In this document: one piece after another, positions 62,728-64,000 of the stretch
Layout: every line of letters starts with the position of its first letter
How positions within the stretch are numbered: the stretch's first letter is position 1
Assembly (NCBI GenBank): GCA_020199905.1
Contig: JAIVJS010000001.1
Coordinates: forward strand, 61,069 to 125,068
Reading direction: 5' to 3'
From: Acidobacteriota bacterium
Lineage (GTDB): Bacteria; Acidobacteriota; Thermoanaerobaculia; UBA5066; Gp7-AA6
Length of the DNA stretch: 64,000 nt
The notes under the pieces: model-generated
What the model saw: the letters and a program-made list of their open reading frames with translations, nothing else
Databases searched by the model: none
Told to the model about the DNA's origin: nothing
Translations under genes and position numbers: made by a program

Positions 62728-64000
62728 GCCCGGGTCTCACCGTTTCCGCGACGCGGCGTCGTCGGCGCTGAAGGACCCGGGTCTGCGCGCCAACTTCCGG
62801 CGCGCGATGGACGGCCTGATCTCCAAGCGCGCCGCACAGTTCGCGGACCCGGTGGAGTGGCGGGATCTGAAACGCCTGGGATCGGCGATCCGGGCTCGAT
62901 CGCTCGCCAGGCTCCCGGAGCTGCTCGAGAGGCTGGAAGGCCGATGTCTGGGAAACGGAATCCAGGTTCGCTGGGCGGAGACCACCGAAGACGCGAACCG
63001 GATCGTGCTCGAGATCCTGCGGTCCCACGGCGCCACGCGCGTCGTCAAGGGAAAGTCCATGGTCTCGGAAGAGATGCACCTGAACGAATTTCTGGAAGAG
63101 CACGGCGTCGAGTCGCTCGAGTCGGATCTCGGCGAATACATCATTCAGCTCGACGGCGAGACCCCGTCGCACATCATCATGCCGGCGATCCACAAGAACC
63201 GGCAGCAGATCGCAAGACTGCTCGGGGAGAAGATCCGGGGCGCCCGCTACACGGAGGACATCGACGAGCTGACCGGAATCGCGCGGCGGGTGCTGCGGAA
63301 GAAGTTCTTCGAGGCGGACGCCGGGATCTCCGGTGTCAACTTCGCGGTCGCGGAGACCGGGACGCTCTGCCTCGTCGAGAATGAAGGGAACGGGCGCATG
63401 TCCACGCACGTTCCGCCGGTGCACATCGCGCTGATGGGGCTCGAGAAAGTGGTCGAGAACCTCGAGGACGTGCCGCCTCTCTACAGCCTGCTGACCCGGT
63501 CGGCGACGGGTCAGAGCATCACCACGTACTTCAACATGATCACGCGGCCGCGTACGGAGGCTGAAAAGGACGGACCGCTCGCCGTGTACCTCGTGATCCT
63601 CGACAACGGCCGCTCCCGGATCTTCGAAGACCCGGAGCTCGCCGCCACCCTGCGGTGCATCCGCTGCGGGGCTTGCATGAACCACTGCCCCGTGTACACC
63701 CGCGTCGGAGGCCATGCCTACGAATCGACGTACCCCGGGCCGATCGGAAAGATTCTGGCTCCGCAGACGGACGGCGTCGGCGCGCGGCACGACCTGGTCG
63801 AGGCGTCCAGCCTCTGCGGCGCGTGCGGCGAAGTCTGTCCCGTCGGAATTCCCATCCCCGAGTTGATCGTGCGCCTGAGGCAGGAAGCCGCACAGCCGGA
63901 GCCGGGGTCGACCGTCCGGGGCGCCGGGACGGGGGGGAGCCGGGGCGAATCTCTCGCCTGGCGGCTGTGGGCGAAGTCGCACCGCCATCCCGTCCTCTAC
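62717..64000 (+). CDS. lutB: L-lactate utilization protein LutB-like (4Fe-4S ferredoxin + LUD/DUF162 domain); 3' end beyond the window
   Basis: Not in the ORF track because no stop is reached. Hand translation from GTG 62717 is open to the window end and contains LCLVENEGNGRMSTHVPPVHIALMGLEK and two Cys clusters (CIRCGACMNHCPVY; CGACGEVCPVG). Confidence 0.8.
   Translation, partial: MPVEPGSHRFRDAASSALKDPGLRANFRRAMDGLISKRAAQFADPVEWRDLKRLGSAIRARSLARLPELLERLEGRCLGNGIQVRWAETTEDANRIVLEILRSHGATRVVKGKSMVSEEMHLNEFLEEHGVESLESDLGEYIIQLDGETPSHIIMPAIHKNRQQIARLLGEKIRGARYTEDIDELTGIARRVLRKKFFEADAGISGVNFAVAETGTLCLVENEGNGRMSTHVPPVHIALMGLEKVVENLEDVPPLYSLLTRSATGQSITTYFNMITRPRTEAEKDGPLAVYLVILDNGRSRIFEDPELAATLRCIRCGACMNHCPVYTRVGGHAYESTYPGPIGKILAPQTDGVGARHDLVEASSLCGACGEVCPVGIPIPELIVRLRQEAAQPEPGSTVRGAGTGGSRGESLAWRLWAKSHRHPVLY

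Noticed and set aside
62390-63988. Track ORF 62390..63988 (-, 532 aa) and 62857..63384 (+)
   Set aside because: Antisense or alternate frames of lutB. The lutB frame is open to the window end and carries Fe-S Cys clusters.

Overview
This is a 64 kb high-GC (about 68-70%) bacterial chromosomal segment with strong GC3 codon bias. The gene content suggests an Acidobacteriota-like organism: a 1366-aa protein built from tandem carboxypeptidase-regulatory-like domains and an 1104-aa BNR/Asp-box + PKD + IPT protein. The phylum call is inference only. I can support about 60 coding genes, one tRNA-Arg(CCT), several pseudogenes, one clear intrinsic terminator and many short tandem heptamer arrays.

Main blocks:
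- A fatty-acid beta-oxidation cluster (fadD-like ligase, FadJ/FadB-type fused enzyme, acyl-CoA dehydrogenase).
- thiD divergent from an IscA/HesB-like gene.
- A long minus-strand operon: secreted protein, ECF sigma, anti-sigma, DUF962, rhomboid protease, fused amino-acid ABC binding-protein/permease, ABC ATPase.
- A second ECF sigma / anti-sigma / Spy-CpxP-like triad.
- NDH-2 and an M16 peptidase.
- A nucleoside catabolism operon (deoB, a GT2 glycosyltransferase, a damaged nupC, purine nucleoside phosphorylase, cdd, amidohydrolase, pyrimidine-nucleoside phosphorylase).
- cinA-thpR-plsY-gpsA.
- An APC permease.
- lutA-lutB, with lutB running off the window end.

The ORF track uses ATG, GTG and TTG starts; many of its longer ORFs are Arg-rich antisense or alternate-frame artefacts of the high GC, and I reject those.

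Most notable observations:
1. A dispersed family of phased pyrimidine-rich heptamer arrays (CAGCTCT / GTTCTCA / CAACGCT types) sits immediately 3' of stop codons, oriented with the upstream gene's coding strand; at gene-end junctions they occur as inverted pairs.
2. The density of disrupted genes is unusual: a frameshifted small secreted Cys-protein paralog next to the tRNA; a signal-peptide-only remnant of the same family; a nupC with an internal deletion plus frameshift; a DUF2867 NAD-binding gene missing its Rossmann core; a multiply frameshifted LysE/RhtB remnant; and an in-frame amber codon separating the ATG from the Tat signal peptide of the large BNR protein.
3. A lower-GC islet (about 33.2-35.0 kb) carries a small SD-led ORF and a TPR gene pair.
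4. A rhomboid protease sits directly downstream of an ECF sigma / anti-sigma pair, in the same operon as an amino-acid ABC importer.

No CRISPR arrays, rRNA, integrases or transposases were seen.
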